Notes: generated by a model from the sequence alone, not told the origin. A DNA stretch of 64,000 nt from Spirochaetia bacterium (GCA_963666985.2 CAXXIA010000002.1:416001-480000), one strand, 5' to 3'; counted from the first letter of the stretch, positions 1 through 9,835 are shown. Numbers and translations are program-made.

Positions 1-1198
1 CGTCGGCGACATTCCGCAAAGCCGCTTCGACTTGAGGCCGGTCGCAGGCCGTCCGAAACGACTGAGTTGATTTTTCGTGGTCAAACCGCAGGATGCGATC
101 GGAAGAGACCGTCTCTTTTTCCTCCCATGGCTCGGGCAAAGAGGCTCCGGCGATTTTTATTCCCAGACGGCCGAACAGTTCGGCCGTGGAAGAAACGGTA
201 TCGATATTCAGTCCGCCGAGAACACTGGAAGAAATCAGCAAATCGTTAATCGGACCGATCCATTTATCATCAATTCCTTCAATGCCGGCAAAGGTCCCGA
301 CGACGGCGCCGACGTTTCCGGCGTTGCAGTCCGTATCCCAGCCGCACATATTGCAGATGTACTGAGAAGAAGAAAAATCACCTTTCCCATACAGAAGAGA
401 GAGAACAACCACGGCGGCATTCGGGATGATGTGACAATTCCCCGGATATTTGTCGTAGCCGAATTCTTCACGAACAAAGCGAAAGCACGCCTTCCAGTCT
501 TCGGATGCGTCCGCGTGAAAAAAATCCCGTACGGCCCGCACCACCCGGGCATATTCACAATCATCGGGAATAACGGAAAGCCCCGTCTCGATAATTTCCA
601 AGACATCCTGCGCGACATAGGCATGACTGACGCATGCCGCCACAAACCGGCCTCCGTGGATTCCCTCCCCGTCGTGAGAAACACTGGCCATCATTTCGGC
701 ATAGCGGGCCGCCAGAACAGGATTTCCCGGAGCCACAAATCCCCAGCAATCGGAAAAAATCTGACCTCCGATCTGTTCGGCGCAGGCGGCGCCGTTCAGT
801 TCAATGGAACCGGAGCGGGGTGCATCGATACCGAATTTCAGGTTTTCGTATGCCGTATGTTCCGTGGAAACGCCATATCCTCCCCACCAGATGAATCCGT
901 GCCTCTCGGCGATGTAATTCAGCCATGTAAGGCCCATTTCCCGAGGCGTTATCTTATCGATTTCATAGGAGAAATCCATAAGAGATCGAACGAAGAACAA
1001 AGGACCGTTGCTGTCGTCGTCCGCGGCGTAATCCTTGTAATTCACCAGATACCCGGTTATCTCGCCGTGCACTTTCTCTATTGTTTCGGCGCTCCAGCCC
1101 TCAATAGGGGAACCGAGCCGTATACCGATAATCTTGCCCAGCCAGCCGGCATACGTTTTCTGAAAATAGTGATTGTCAAAAACCATGAGGCGGTTCAT
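1..1198 (-). CDS. ADP-ribosylglycohydrolase (DraG/ARH-like) family protein, partial (runs off the left edge; absent from the ORF track)
   Basis: Manual minus-strand translation from ATG 1198: MNRLMVFDNHYFQKTYAGWLGKIIGIRLGSPIEGW...YAADDDSNG...MCGWDTDCNAGNVGAVVG. The acidic DDD and DTD metal-binding motifs are typical of the family. The ATG abuts the TAA of the upstream permease. Confidence 0.88.
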   Translation of the reverse strand, partial: MNRLMVFDNHYFQKTYAGWLGKIIGIRLGSPIEGWSAETIEKVHGEITGYLVNYKDYAADDDSNGPLFFVRSLMDFSYEIDKITPREMGLTWLNYIAERHGFIWWGGYGVSTEHTAYENLKFGIDAPRSGSIELNGAACAEQIGGQIFSDCWGFVAPGNPVLAARYAEMMASVSHDGEGIHGGRFVAACVSHAYVAQDVLEIIETGLSVIPDDCEYARVVRAVRDFFHADASEDWKACFRFVREEFGYDKYPGNCHIIPNAAVVVLSLLYGKGDFSSSQYICNMCGWDTDCNAGNVGAVVGTFAGIEGIDDKWIGPINDLLISSSVLGGLNIDTVSSTAELFGRLGIKIAGASLPEPWEEKETVSSDRILRFDHEKSTQSFRTACDRPQVEAALRNVAD

Positions 1199-2026
1199 TT
1201 ACTTGATGCTCCCTGATGTCATTCCGTCGATGAAGTAATTCTGCAAAGCGAGAAACGCCGCTACGATGGGCAGCATCGTAATAACGCCCGCGGTATAAAT
1301 CATGGAGAGATCGGATCCGCGTTCTCCGACGAAAAGGACGTATTTCGTTGAAGCGGTCTTCAGCTCCGGAGATTGGAGAAAGGTGTTGGCCAGAGTGAAT
1401 TCATTCCATGTCGCCACGAACACAATCAGGGCGATGGTTGTGACAATAGGCTTGGAAAGCGGAAAAATGATCTTCCGAATCGTCTGATATGTGGTGCATC
1501 CGTCGATAATCGCCGCTTCGCTGAGCTCCTTGGGTATCCCGAAAATAAAGGTTCGGGCCAGCAGCACATTAAAGGGCAGGTTAATCGCAATATAAATCAG
1601 GATAATCCCGAAGAGGCTGTTCACAAGGTTTAATTCGGAAAACGAATAATAAAGCGGAACAAGGTAGGAAAACACGGGGATTGAAAGGGCGACTCCGAAA
1701 TAACCGAGTATGAAATTGCGGATTCTAAGCTGTGAGCGAACCAGAAAGTATCCGGCGATAAGCGACGCCAGAAGAACGACGGCCGTCGCGGAGAAACTGA
1801 CGAGGATGCTGTTCCCGAAGGCCCTTGCATACCCTCCCACAACCCAAGCTTTCGCGTAATTGGCGAAATTGAACTGCGATGGAAAACCGATGGGAAATTT
1901 TTTAATGCTTCCGTCGCTCCGGAACGTATTGAAGACCGCGGCAATCAGCGGAGCCGTCTGAATCAGAGCGATAAGCGAAAGAATCCCGAATGTCGTGTAC
2001 CGGCCGATTGTTTTCTTGTATGTCAT
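1199..2026 (-). CDS. carbohydrate ABC transporter permease (MalG-like)
   Basis: Hydrophobic protein with EAA loop IPKELSEAAIIDG and WNEF motif; start taken at MTYKKTIG. Confidence 0.92.
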   Translation of the reverse strand: MTYKKTIGRYTTFGILSLIALIQTAPLIAAVFNTFRSDGSIKKFPIGFPSQFNFANYAKAWVVGGYARAFGNSILVSFSATAVVLLASLIAGYFLVRSQLRIRNFILGYFGVALSIPVFSYLVPLYYSFSELNLVNSLFGIILIYIAINLPFNVLLARTFIFGIPKELSEAAIIDGCTTYQTIRKIIFPLSKPIVTTIALIVFVATWNEFTLANTFLQSPELKTASTKYVLFVGERGSDLSMIYTAGVITMLPIVAAFLALQNYFIDGMTSGSIK

Positions 2027-2030
2027 CGAA

Positions 2031-2909
2031 TCAGTCCTCCATACGCTTTCGCACGGCTCCGAACACGGCAAAGAGCAGAAAGGCCAAGAGCGTCTGGAAC
2101 ACGGAAAGTGAACAGGCATATCCGGCCCTGTATTTAAACAAGGCGTTCTTATAGAGCATGGTCGAAAGGATTTCCGATCCGGGGCCGCCTTTCGTCATTA
2201 CCCAGACGTAATCGAAGGTTCCTATGGACCAGACCATCGTTACGAGAATAATGAAAAGCAGAGTCTGCTTAATGCTCGGAAGGGTTATGAACCATATCTT
2301 CTGAATATCGTTGGCCCCTTCAACTTCGGCGCTCTCATACAGCATCGGATCTATCTGCTGGAGGGCGCTCATGAAGATAACCAAAAGGAAACCCCACCAA
2401 TGCCACATATCGACCATGGCGACCGAAACCAAAGCATGAGCGGGCGCCAGCCAATCTTTGGCCAGGAAATCCAATCCCAAAGACTCGAAAGCCACGTTAA
2501 TACCGAAGTACGGATTAAAAAACGCGGCGAAAATCTTCCCTGCGATCGCGGCGGATATAACATAAGGCAGAAAATACATGGCCCGCAGAGCCACCCGGCC
2601 CTTCTCTACCCGCGAGAGCACATAGCCCACAAGAAGACCGAAAAGGATGGGGAAAACCAAAAACATCGCCATCCAGCGCAGATTGTTCCCAATGGCATTC
2701 AGGAAGTTGGGGTCCGTCATCAGCTCCCGATAGTTGCCGAAGCCGATGAAATCTTTTGTTCCCAGACCGTTCCAGTTCGTCAATGAACCGTAAACCGTAT
2801 TGAACGACGGCAGAACGACAATGAGAAAATGGAAAAGAAACACCGGTATAACCGAGAAGAACGCGATGCGGTTTTCTTTTCGAACTCGTTCGCTGAATTC
2901 TTGTCGCAT
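2031..2909 (-). CDS. carbohydrate ABC transporter permease (MalF-like)
   Basis: FIGFGNY and LYESAEVEGA (EAA loop) motifs. Start reassigned to ATG 2909, which follows AAGGAGG and avoids overlap with the SBP gene. Confidence 0.92.
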   Translation of the reverse strand: MRQEFSERVRKENRIAFFSVIPVFLFHFLIVVLPSFNTVYGSLTNWNGLGTKDFIGFGNYRELMTDPNFLNAIGNNLRWMAMFLVFPILFGLLVGYVLSRVEKGRVALRAMYFLPYVISAAIAGKIFAAFFNPYFGINVAFESLGLDFLAKDWLAPAHALVSVAMVDMWHWWGFLLVIFMSALQQIDPMLYESAEVEGANDIQKIWFITLPSIKQTLLFIILVTMVWSIGTFDYVWVMTKGGPGSEILSTMLYKNALFKYRAGYACSLSVFQTLLAFLLFAVFGAVRKRMED

Positions 2910-2988
2910 GACTGCTTCAGCCTCCTTAAAAGAACGCCCGGCGGACAGTTGTTCCCGCCGGGCGGCTGCAATTCTCTTTTCGTCGCTT

Positions 2989-4317
2989 TTAATGAGCGGA
3001 AGGAAGAACGGGAAGGAATCCCCCAGCAAGCTCCTTTTCATTCAGCCGCTGCATTTCTTTCAGATACTCATCAATCGAAATGTTCTCTTCAAGAACATTG
3101 ACAATTCCTTCATACAGATAAACCCGTGTTTCCGGAGGATAGAAAGCCCAGGTGGTGTATCCGAAACTGCCGTTGGCCAAAGCGCCGTTGACAATGGACC
3201 ACATATTCTCCACCACCGGCGCAAGACCTTCGAACCGGCTTGCTTCAATCGCCATGGGCGCGATGTCCATACCCTGTTGGAGATAATCATCCTGGGATTC
3301 CTGTCTCAGAAGACCCGAGAGCAGATACGCGGAGACATCCGGATTTTCGGTATCGGCGGAAACCACCCACATACCGCCGACGGCCAGCGGCATATGCGGT
3401 TTTTCAACATCATTAATGGCCGGATGGAGCATTACGCCGATTTTATCCTGATCGGCCTGATCCAAAGGAACAATCCAGTACGGTGCCCAGGTTCCTTCAA
3501 GCTTAAAGAGCGCTTTATCGTTGGAAAAGGCGTTAATCGCGTCATCCGAGGTTAGAACATAAGACTTTCCGTCGGCCAGATAGCCTTTGTCGTGCCAAGA
3601 CTTATAAAGCTCGACTGTTTTCCGAAAAGCGGGATCGGTCCACGAAGCCTTTCCTTCCACAGCCGCTTTTACCAGGTCGCGGCCGGTATAGCTGTAAAGT
3701 ATGGATAAATACCATTCCTGGGCCCATGGCCAGTCTTGACTGCCGAGCATACAGGGGATATACCCGGCATCCTGTGCCTTCCGAAGCGCATCCTCATATT
3801 CCGCAAGGGTATCAATCTCCTCGGGAACAAGATTCAGTTCCTTCATGATGTTCTTGTTGTACCAAAGCACCATGCCCTCGTACCCGTACGGCAGAGTTAC
3901 GACTTTACCGTCTGATTTGGACAAATCATAGGCCCAATTGAACAGCACGTCTTTCCATCCGTCGGCTTCGGCATAGGCGCTCAAGTCCAGAAGAAGCCCG
4001 TCCGAGGCGTATTGGTGGACATCGGCCGGAGAATCCAGCAGGAAAACGTCCGGCTTGTCGTTCGAACTCATCCGGGTGTTGATGATGTCCATTCCCTGAT
4101 TGCCGACAAACTTTACTTCGTAAGCCGTTCCATTCGCGGCATTATACTCATCGATAAGCTGCCCGAAGATTTGCCGCTGAACCGCGATGTTCCCCTCGGC
4201 CGTGGACGAACTGGCGACTTCAATAACCGAACCGCTCTCATCTTCACCGCCGCCTGCGGCAAAAACAAATCCGCTCGCCGCGACAAAGACCAAAGTCAGA
4301 ATCAATACCTTTTTCAT
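2989..4317 (-). CDS. sugar ABC transporter extracellular solute-binding protein (family 1)
   Basis: Signal peptide MKKVLILTLVFVAASGFVFAAGG; KPDVF, GLLLDLS and LWYNK motifs; lies directly before two permeases. Confidence 0.92.
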   Translation of the reverse strand: MKKVLILTLVFVAASGFVFAAGGGEDESGSVIEVASSSTAEGNIAVQRQIFGQLIDEYNAANGTAYEVKFVGNQGMDIINTRMSSNDKPDVFLLDSPADVHQYASDGLLLDLSAYAEADGWKDVLFNWAYDLSKSDGKVVTLPYGYEGMVLWYNKNIMKELNLVPEEIDTLAEYEDALRKAQDAGYIPCMLGSQDWPWAQEWYLSILYSYTGRDLVKAAVEGKASWTDPAFRKTVELYKSWHDKGYLADGKSYVLTSDDAINAFSNDKALFKLEGTWAPYWIVPLDQADQDKIGVMLHPAINDVEKPHMPLAVGGMWVVSADTENPDVSAYLLSGLLRQESQDDYLQQGMDIAPMAIEASRFEGLAPVVENMWSIVNGALANGSFGYTTWAFYPPETRVYLYEGIVNVLEENISIDEYLKEMQRLNEKELAGGFLPVLPSAH

Positions 4318-4420
4318 TCAGACCCCCTTACATATTCGATTGCATTGATTCAAGAAATTATAGAGCGGTTTTCGATTGCTTCTACGCACATTCAACGACT
4401 ATCTGCGCATTTTCGACTTT

Positions 4421-5290
4421 TTACGGATACTTTTCCGTTTTCTGCAGCCGCCATTGAAGAGGTGATATTCCGGTCTCTTTTCGAAATTGGCGGTTAAAAC
4501 TGCTCAGACTTTCAAATCCGCAATCAAAAGCGATATCCAAAATCCTGGACTCTTTCGCCCGAAGAAGATTCATCGCCGTATTAATCCGCAGCTTCGTCTG
4601 AAAATGCTTCGGAGACATGCCGACCTGATCCTTGAACCTTTTTCGGAAATGAGACTCGGATAATCCGCACCGATCGGCCAATTCGGCGATGGAGCATTGA
4701 GGTCCTCCGGAGGCCAAAAGATAATCAATCGCCGCCGCAATCCTTTCGTCGAATGCCCGTCCTTCTGTCGGACGAGGCGTCCATGCCGTTTTATCCTGAA
4801 TGGATTCATGCCGTAACAGCCGGGCTGAAATCGCGTTTACAAGTCCTTTGACGGCGAAAAACCGATTCTCCCTTTCTTCAAGAATCTCATCGGCGAGAAT
4901 CGTCAGCAAGGCATGCAGATCGGGGTCGGAGGCTTTCTTGATCAGCTTGCTGATATCCGGCGGCTGAATCGGCGCATCCCACAAGCGGGGATCGAAAAAC
5001 AAAAAGTACCAGAGGTCGTCCATACCGGCACCGCTTTTCGCTCTGTGAAAAACTTCGGGGCCGACGGCCACGAGGTCACCCGCTTCGTAGGTTTCAATTC
5101 GATTGTCGATGATGAATATCCCGTGCCCGCGCAGACAAACTCCGAGCTCCAAAACATCGTGCCTGTGGAGGATACTGATGGAATCATGGGAGTTGGACCA
5201 TTCCATCAGACTGATCGGGAATTTCGGATCGAGTTCTATGCTCTCCTGGGCCAGGGAGTACGGGATACGGCCGCTCCGGCTTTTTTGCAT
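4421..5290 (-). CDS. AraC family transcriptional regulator (cupin + HTH)
   Basis: LHRHDVLE cupin motif; C-terminal SESHFRKRFK...IAFDCGFESLSSFNRQFRKETGISP; start uncertain. Confidence 0.9.
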   Translation of the reverse strand: MQKSRSGRIPYSLAQESIELDPKFPISLMEWSNSHDSISILHRHDVLELGVCLRGHGIFIIDNRIETYEAGDLVAVGPEVFHRAKSGAGMDDLWYFLFFDPRLWDAPIQPPDISKLIKKASDPDLHALLTILADEILEERENRFFAVKGLVNAISARLLRHESIQDKTAWTPRPTEGRAFDERIAAAIDYLLASGGPQCSIAELADRCGLSESHFRKRFKDQVGMSPKHFQTKLRINTAMNLLRAKESRILDIAFDCGFESLSSFNRQFRKETGISPLQWRLQKTEKYP

Positions 5291-5448
5291 CGGTTTAAGC
5301 TTACCACACCCGCACGCGGTTCTACCCGAGGGTCGTCCGGAGCCGCTGACGCCACAGAATAAAGGCCGAACTTTCTCACCCGGCAAAACTGGATTATAGG
5401 CCCGGCTAATACGACAGCCGAGCTTATGATTTCTTGAGTAATTGGACC

Positions 5449-6509
5449 TTATAGCCTCTCGGCCACCGCATCGCCCATTTCAACGGTTCCGACGGTCTTT
5501 TCACCCGGTCCGGCGATATCACCGGTTCGAAATCCGTCGGCAACGGCCTTGGCAACCGCGGCATAAATCCGTTCCGCGGCTTTTGACTCTCCGAAGGAAT
5601 ACTCCAGCATCATGGCACCGGAAAGAATCTGCGCAAGAGGATTGGCAATCCCTTGCCCGCAATATCCGGGGCCGAGCCGCCGGAGGGTTCGAAGAGATTC
5701 ACGGATGCGCCGAGGCTCGCGGAAGGCAGCATGCCGAGACTCCCCGCCAAAGCCGCCGATTCGTCGGAAAGGATGTCGCCGAACAGGTTCCCGGTAACAA
5801 TCACATCGAACTGACCGGGATTCAAAATAAGCTGCATGGCCGCATTGTCCACGTACATATGGGAAAGTTTGATTTCGGGATGTTTCTCGCCCATCTTCAC
5901 CGCTACCGACCGCCAGAGCATGCTGGAACGAAGAACGTTGGCCTTATCCACGCTGCAAACACGTCCCTTCCGCCTGCCGGCGGCATCGAAAGCGACATTC
6001 AAAATCCGCTCCACCTCATCTTTTCGGTAGACCATTGTATCAAGACCTTCCTCATCGCTGAGGGACTTGGGCTCTCCGAAATACACACCGCCGGTCAGTT
6101 CCCGTACGGTAAGAATATCAACGGTCTTTCCATCTTCACGCGGCTTTAAGGGACATCCGGCGGCGAGTTCGGGATACAGCTTCACCGGGCGCAGATTGGC
6201 GAAGAGTCCCAAGGATTTCCTCATGGCCAAAAGACCTCCGACTTCGGGCCTTTTTTCGGGAGGCAAATGATCCCACTTGGGGCCGCCGACGCTTCCGAGA
6301 AGAACGGCACCGGATTTTTTGCAGAGTTCCAGGGTCTCGGCCGGCAGCGGACCTCCGGTCGCGTCAATAGCCGCGCCTCCGATAAGTGCTTCGGTATAGT
6401 TCAGCGAGAATCCCTCGGAAGCGGCGACCGCGTCGAGAACCTTAACGGCTTCTTTCATCACTTCGGGACCGATATGATCCCCGCTCAAAACGGCAATGTT
6501 ATAGCTCAT
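5449..6509 (-). pseudogene. leuB: 3-isopropylmalate dehydrogenase, with a 1-base frameshift at about 5650 (possibly a sequencing error)
   Basis: GDHIGPEV, SVDKANVL, NLFGDILSD and EPSGGSAPDIAGKG motifs. The conserved continuation IANPLAQILSGAMMLEYSF...GFRTGDI...EMGDAVAERL* is present in a shifted frame to TAA at 5449-5451. Confidence 0.9.
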
Positions 6510-6624
6510 AATTCTTCCTTATTTGTTTCAGATGATTTGAATACTTATTCCCGGAAAATTACCGAAAACCGATAAGAACCGTTTCGGTATCATAACCGAC
6601 CTTACCAGGCTTGGTCCTCCGGTT

Positions 6625-8226
6625 TCAGGCTCCTTCTTCATCCTTTTTGAGTTTATATTCAACGGATTCCACGAGAGCTCTCCAGGAAGCTTCAATGATG
6701 TTTCCCGAAACTCCCACCGTCCCCCAATGCATTTTCCCATCGCTGCTTGTAATCAACACCCTTGTAACGGCGGTGGTACCGGCTTCCTCATTCAAAATCC
6801 GCACTTTATAGTCGGTAAGCCTGATATGCGCCAATTGGGGATAAAAAGTTTCCAAAGCCCGATGCAGAGCCCGGTCCATAGCTTCCACCGGTCCGCTGCC
6901 CTCTCCGGCCGTATGTTCATAGGCGGATTCATGCCCGCCGTTACCGGCAACACTATCCGGCACGGAGACCTTGATGGTGGCTTCGGACCAGATTTCTCCG
7001 TTGCCGTTTTCCCAGGAATGCACACGAAATCCATGAACTCGGAAATACTCTTTTCTTTTTCCGGTCAGCTCATCGGTCAGCAATTCGAACGAAGCGTCCG
7101 CTCCTTCAAAATGATACCCTTCGGCCTCAAGTTCCTTAACCTTGGCTAAAATGGCCTTGGCATGGACCTCGTCCACATCCATGCCGAGTTCTCCAAACTT
7201 CTCAAGAATGTTGGATTTTCCGGCCTGATCGCTGACGGGAACATTGCGAACGTTGCCGACACTTTCCGGCGCTATATGTTCATAGAGTCTGGGATTTTTG
7301 CGGATGGCCGAGACATGGATGCCGCCCTTGTGCGTAAAGGCTCTCTCTCCGACATAAGGAAGGCTGTCCTGATGCGGTTTGTTGGAGAGTTCCGAAACCA
7401 GACGGCTTACTCGGGTTAAGTCGGCCATCTTTTCCGCCGGCAGAGTTCTGTAGCCCATTTTATAGCTGAGAGTGGGAATGGCGCTGCAAAGATTGGCATT
7501 CCCGCATCGTTCTCCCAGACCGTTCATGGTTCCCTGAACCATGCGGCCGCCCAATTCGACGACGACAAGAGTATTGGCCAGAGATAAATCACTATCGTTA
7601 TGCGCATGAACACCGATCGGCTTATCGACTGCGGCCATTGCGGCCACGGTCGCCTCTCTGACAAAAGACGGAAGGGAACCGCCGTTGGTATCCGCAAGGA
7701 CAATCCAGTCGGCCCCCGCGTCGGCGGCGGCTTTCAGAGTTTTCAGGGCGTACTCAGGGTTGAATCTGTAGCCGTCGAAAAAATGCTCGGCATCATAAAC
7801 CACCTCGTCGCTTCGGGGTTTAAGATATTCAATCGTCGAATAAATCATGGCCAGATTTTCTTCGAGAGACGTCTCCAGTGATTCGATAACATGCAAATCC
7901 CAACTCTTGCCGAAAATGGTGAATACAGGCGTTTCAGCCTTTAAAAGCTCGGCGAGAATGGAATCCTTCTCGGGGGAAGTCTCTTTCAGGCGCGTTGAGG
8001 AAAACGCTGTCAGCTTGGCGTTTTTCAAGGGAAGGCTCTTCATCGCCTCGAAATATTGAATGTCCTTGGGATTAGAACCCGGCCAGCCGCCTTCAATATA
8101 ATCAATGCCCAATTCGTCGAGTTCTCTGGTCAGCTTAATTTTATCTTCCAGTGAAAAGTGCACACCGCGGGTTTGTGCGCCGTCTCTGAGCGTCGTATCG
8201 AAAAGGACAATTTTCTCTTCAGCCAT
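6625..8226 (-). CDS. cimA: citramalate synthase (2-isopropylmalate/homocitrate synthase family, CimA type)
   Basis: FDTTLRDGAQ, YIEGGWPGSNPKD, FGKSWDLHV, YDAEHFFDGY, AFTHKGGIH and FEGADASFEL motifs. Confidence 0.9.
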   Translation of the reverse strand: MAEEKIVLFDTTLRDGAQTRGVHFSLEDKIKLTRELDELGIDYIEGGWPGSNPKDIQYFEAMKSLPLKNAKLTAFSSTRLKETSPEKDSILAELLKAETPVFTIFGKSWDLHVIESLETSLEENLAMIYSTIEYLKPRSDEVVYDAEHFFDGYRFNPEYALKTLKAAADAGADWIVLADTNGGSLPSFVREATVAAMAAVDKPIGVHAHNDSDLSLANTLVVVELGGRMVQGTMNGLGERCGNANLCSAIPTLSYKMGYRTLPAEKMADLTRVSRLVSELSNKPHQDSLPYVGERAFTHKGGIHVSAIRKNPRLYEHIAPESVGNVRNVPVSDQAGKSNILEKFGELGMDVDEVHAKAILAKVKELEAEGYHFEGADASFELLTDELTGKRKEYFRVHGFRVHSWENGNGEIWSEATIKVSVPDSVAGNGGHESAYEHTAGEGSGPVEAMDRALHRALETFYPQLAHIRLTDYKVRILNEEAGTTAVTRVLITSSDGKMHWGTVGVSGNIIEASWRALVESVEYKLKKDEEGA

Positions 8227-8242
8227 GCTGCCTCCAAAATCT

Positions 8243-8271
8243 AAAAAAAAAGGCGACCTTGTCAGGTCGCC
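8243..8271 (-). terminator. intrinsic terminator (attenuator 3:4 helix) immediately upstream of cimA
   Basis: mRNA GGCGACCU-GACA-AGGUCGCC followed by U9, just before the cimA RBS. Confidence 0.88.
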
Positions 8272-8348
8272 CGATTCGTCGGAAGGTTAATCATTACACG
8301 TCTATGGTTTTCAGGATTCCCCGATACCATTCGTCCGCGCAGCCGCGA

Positions 8349-8450
8349 TTAAATCCCCCCGCCGAACCGGCAGGGGATAATAATGAGCGATAGTAAAGAT
8401 TTTATTTCGGGTTTTCGTTCCATATGTTCAGCCCGACAACGGTTCTTCAT
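8349..8450 (-). CDS. Leu/Ile-rich attenuation leader peptide (33 aa; alternative start at 8423)
   Basis: AAGGAG, 9-nt spacer, ATG; MKNRCRAEHMERKPEIKSLLSLIIIPCRFGGGI*; control codons ATA, TTA, CTA, CTC, ATT, ATT, ATC. Confidence 0.78.
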   Translation of the reverse strand: MKNRCRAEHMERKPEIKSLLSLIIIPCRFGGGI

Positions 8451-8486
8451 GAACCTCATCTCCTTCGCGTTCGCGGGTTACGAACG

Positions 8487-8516
8487 AGCCTACTTTAGCC
8501 GACTGATTCCCGTCAA
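8487..8516 (-). promoter_or_regulatory. putative sigma70 promoter of the cimA leader
   Basis: TTGACG-N18-TAGGCT on the minus strand, about 20 nt upstream of the leader RBS. Confidence 0.45.
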
Positions 8517-8626
8517 GGGGGGTATGGAATCCAATTGATTTAAACAATTCGTGAAGAACCGAAATAAAAAAACTTTGTGACGAATCCGGAAAAACCGCTA
8601 CACTTATCTATAGAAAGAAATTAGGG

Positions 8627-9835
8627 ATGATATCGATGAGTGCGAGACCGGAAACGAAGGATTTGCTGAAGATTATTAGAGAACTTCACCATATCCACGA
8701 TCATGCCGTCCTTCTGGAACGGATTCTCCATGAAGCGAGGATTTTCGTTCGGGCGGACGCCGGAACACTCTATCTTCGAGACGGTGATAAGCTGTATTTC
8801 AATTACATTGAAAACGATACTCTTTTCCCCGACGGTAAAAGCGAGGATAAATTCGCCTACACGGATCACAGCATCGATATAAATAAGAAGAGTCTGGCCG
8901 GTTTTGTGGCCGCGACCGGTCAGCCGCTGCTTATCGACGATGTCTACGAACTGCCGAAAGAGCTCGATTTTACGTTTAATCCCGAATTCGACCAGCAGAC
9001 TCATTACAGAACCCAAAGTCAGCTTGTTATTCCTCTTATCGGCGACGGCCAGAAAATTTTGGGAGTTATCCAGCTCATCAATGCCAAATTCGGAGGAAAA
9101 ACGGTTCCGTTTTCCGCGACGGATAAAGTTCACATCTCCTTTCTGGCCGATCATGCCGTTTTGGCCCTTGAAAAGGCCGAAATGGCACGGGAAATGGTCA
9201 TGCGGATGGTTCGAATCTCCGAACTCCGCGATCCTCATGAATCGGGGAACCATGCCGGCAGAGTCGGTGAATACGCATTGGTTCTCTATGACCGCTTTGC
9301 CGAGTCCAGAGGCGTGAGTCTGGCCGAACGAAATCAAAAGAAAGAAGCTTTCCGAGCGGCCGCGATTCTCCATGATATTGGAAAGGCCGGCATTCCCGGA
9401 CAAGTCTTGAGCAAAGACGGGCATTACACCGAAAAAGAGAAAATGATTATGTACAGGCATACAATCTACGGCGCCCGCCTTTTTTCCAGTACGGGTTCGC
9501 TTTGGGACCGCATTGCCAGGGAGGTGGTGCTGAATCATCACGAACGATGGGACGGATCCGGATATCCGGGACACATCGGCGATATCAATCAAATCCCTGA
9601 AAAATTCGGCCCGGGCAAAAAAGGCAAGGAGATTCCTTTGTCGGCTCGAATCGTGGCCATCGCCGATGTTTATGACGCTCTTACATCCCATCGAACCTAT
9701 AAGGAAGCATGGACTCCGCAAGCCGCGCTTCATTTTCTGAAAAGCAAATCCGGAAAGCTCTTCGATCCGGAACTGATCGCGATATTCCAAGGAATGGAAG
9801 AAACGCTTGAAGCCATCAAACGCAATCTCCCTTAA
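8627..9835 (+). CDS. GAF + HD-GYP cyclic-di-GMP phosphodiesterase
   Basis: GAF domain (ADAGTLYL...FNPEFDQQTHYRTQSQLVIPL...GVIQLIN), then HDIGK, HHERWDGSGYP and ARIVAIADVYDAL. Confidence 0.9.
   Translation: MISMSARPETKDLLKIIRELHHIHDHAVLLERILHEARIFVRADAGTLYLRDGDKLYFNYIENDTLFPDGKSEDKFAYTDHSIDINKKSLAGFVAATGQPLLIDDVYELPKELDFTFNPEFDQQTHYRTQSQLVIPLIGDGQKILGVIQLINAKFGGKTVPFSATDKVHISFLADHAVLALEKAEMAREMVMRMVRISELRDPHESGNHAGRVGEYALVLYDRFAESRGVSLAERNQKKEAFRAAAILHDIGKAGIPGQVLSKDGHYTEKEKMIMYRHTIYGARLFSSTGSLWDRIAREVVLNHHERWDGSGYPGHIGDINQIPEKFGPGKKGKEIPLSARIVAIADVYDALTSHRTYKEAWTPQAALHFLKSKSGKLFDPELIAIFQGMEETLEAIKRNLP

Noticed and set aside
77..1216. 379-aa + strand ORF in the track
   Set aside because: Antisense shadow of the real minus-strand ADP-ribosylglycohydrolase-family gene
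2910..3041. N-terminal extension of the permease overlapping the SBP gene
   Set aside because: A better start at 2909 with AAGGAGG removes the overlap
8230..8480. T-box riboswitch upstream of cimA
   Set aside because: No T-box consensus (GGTGGNACCGCG) before the terminator; the leader-peptide model explains the region
8621..9790. 389-aa minus-strand ORF and other long antisense ORFs (e.g. 16980-17915, 24409-25290, 31301-32104)
   Set aside because: They mirror well-supported genes on the opposite strand and have no recognisable motifs
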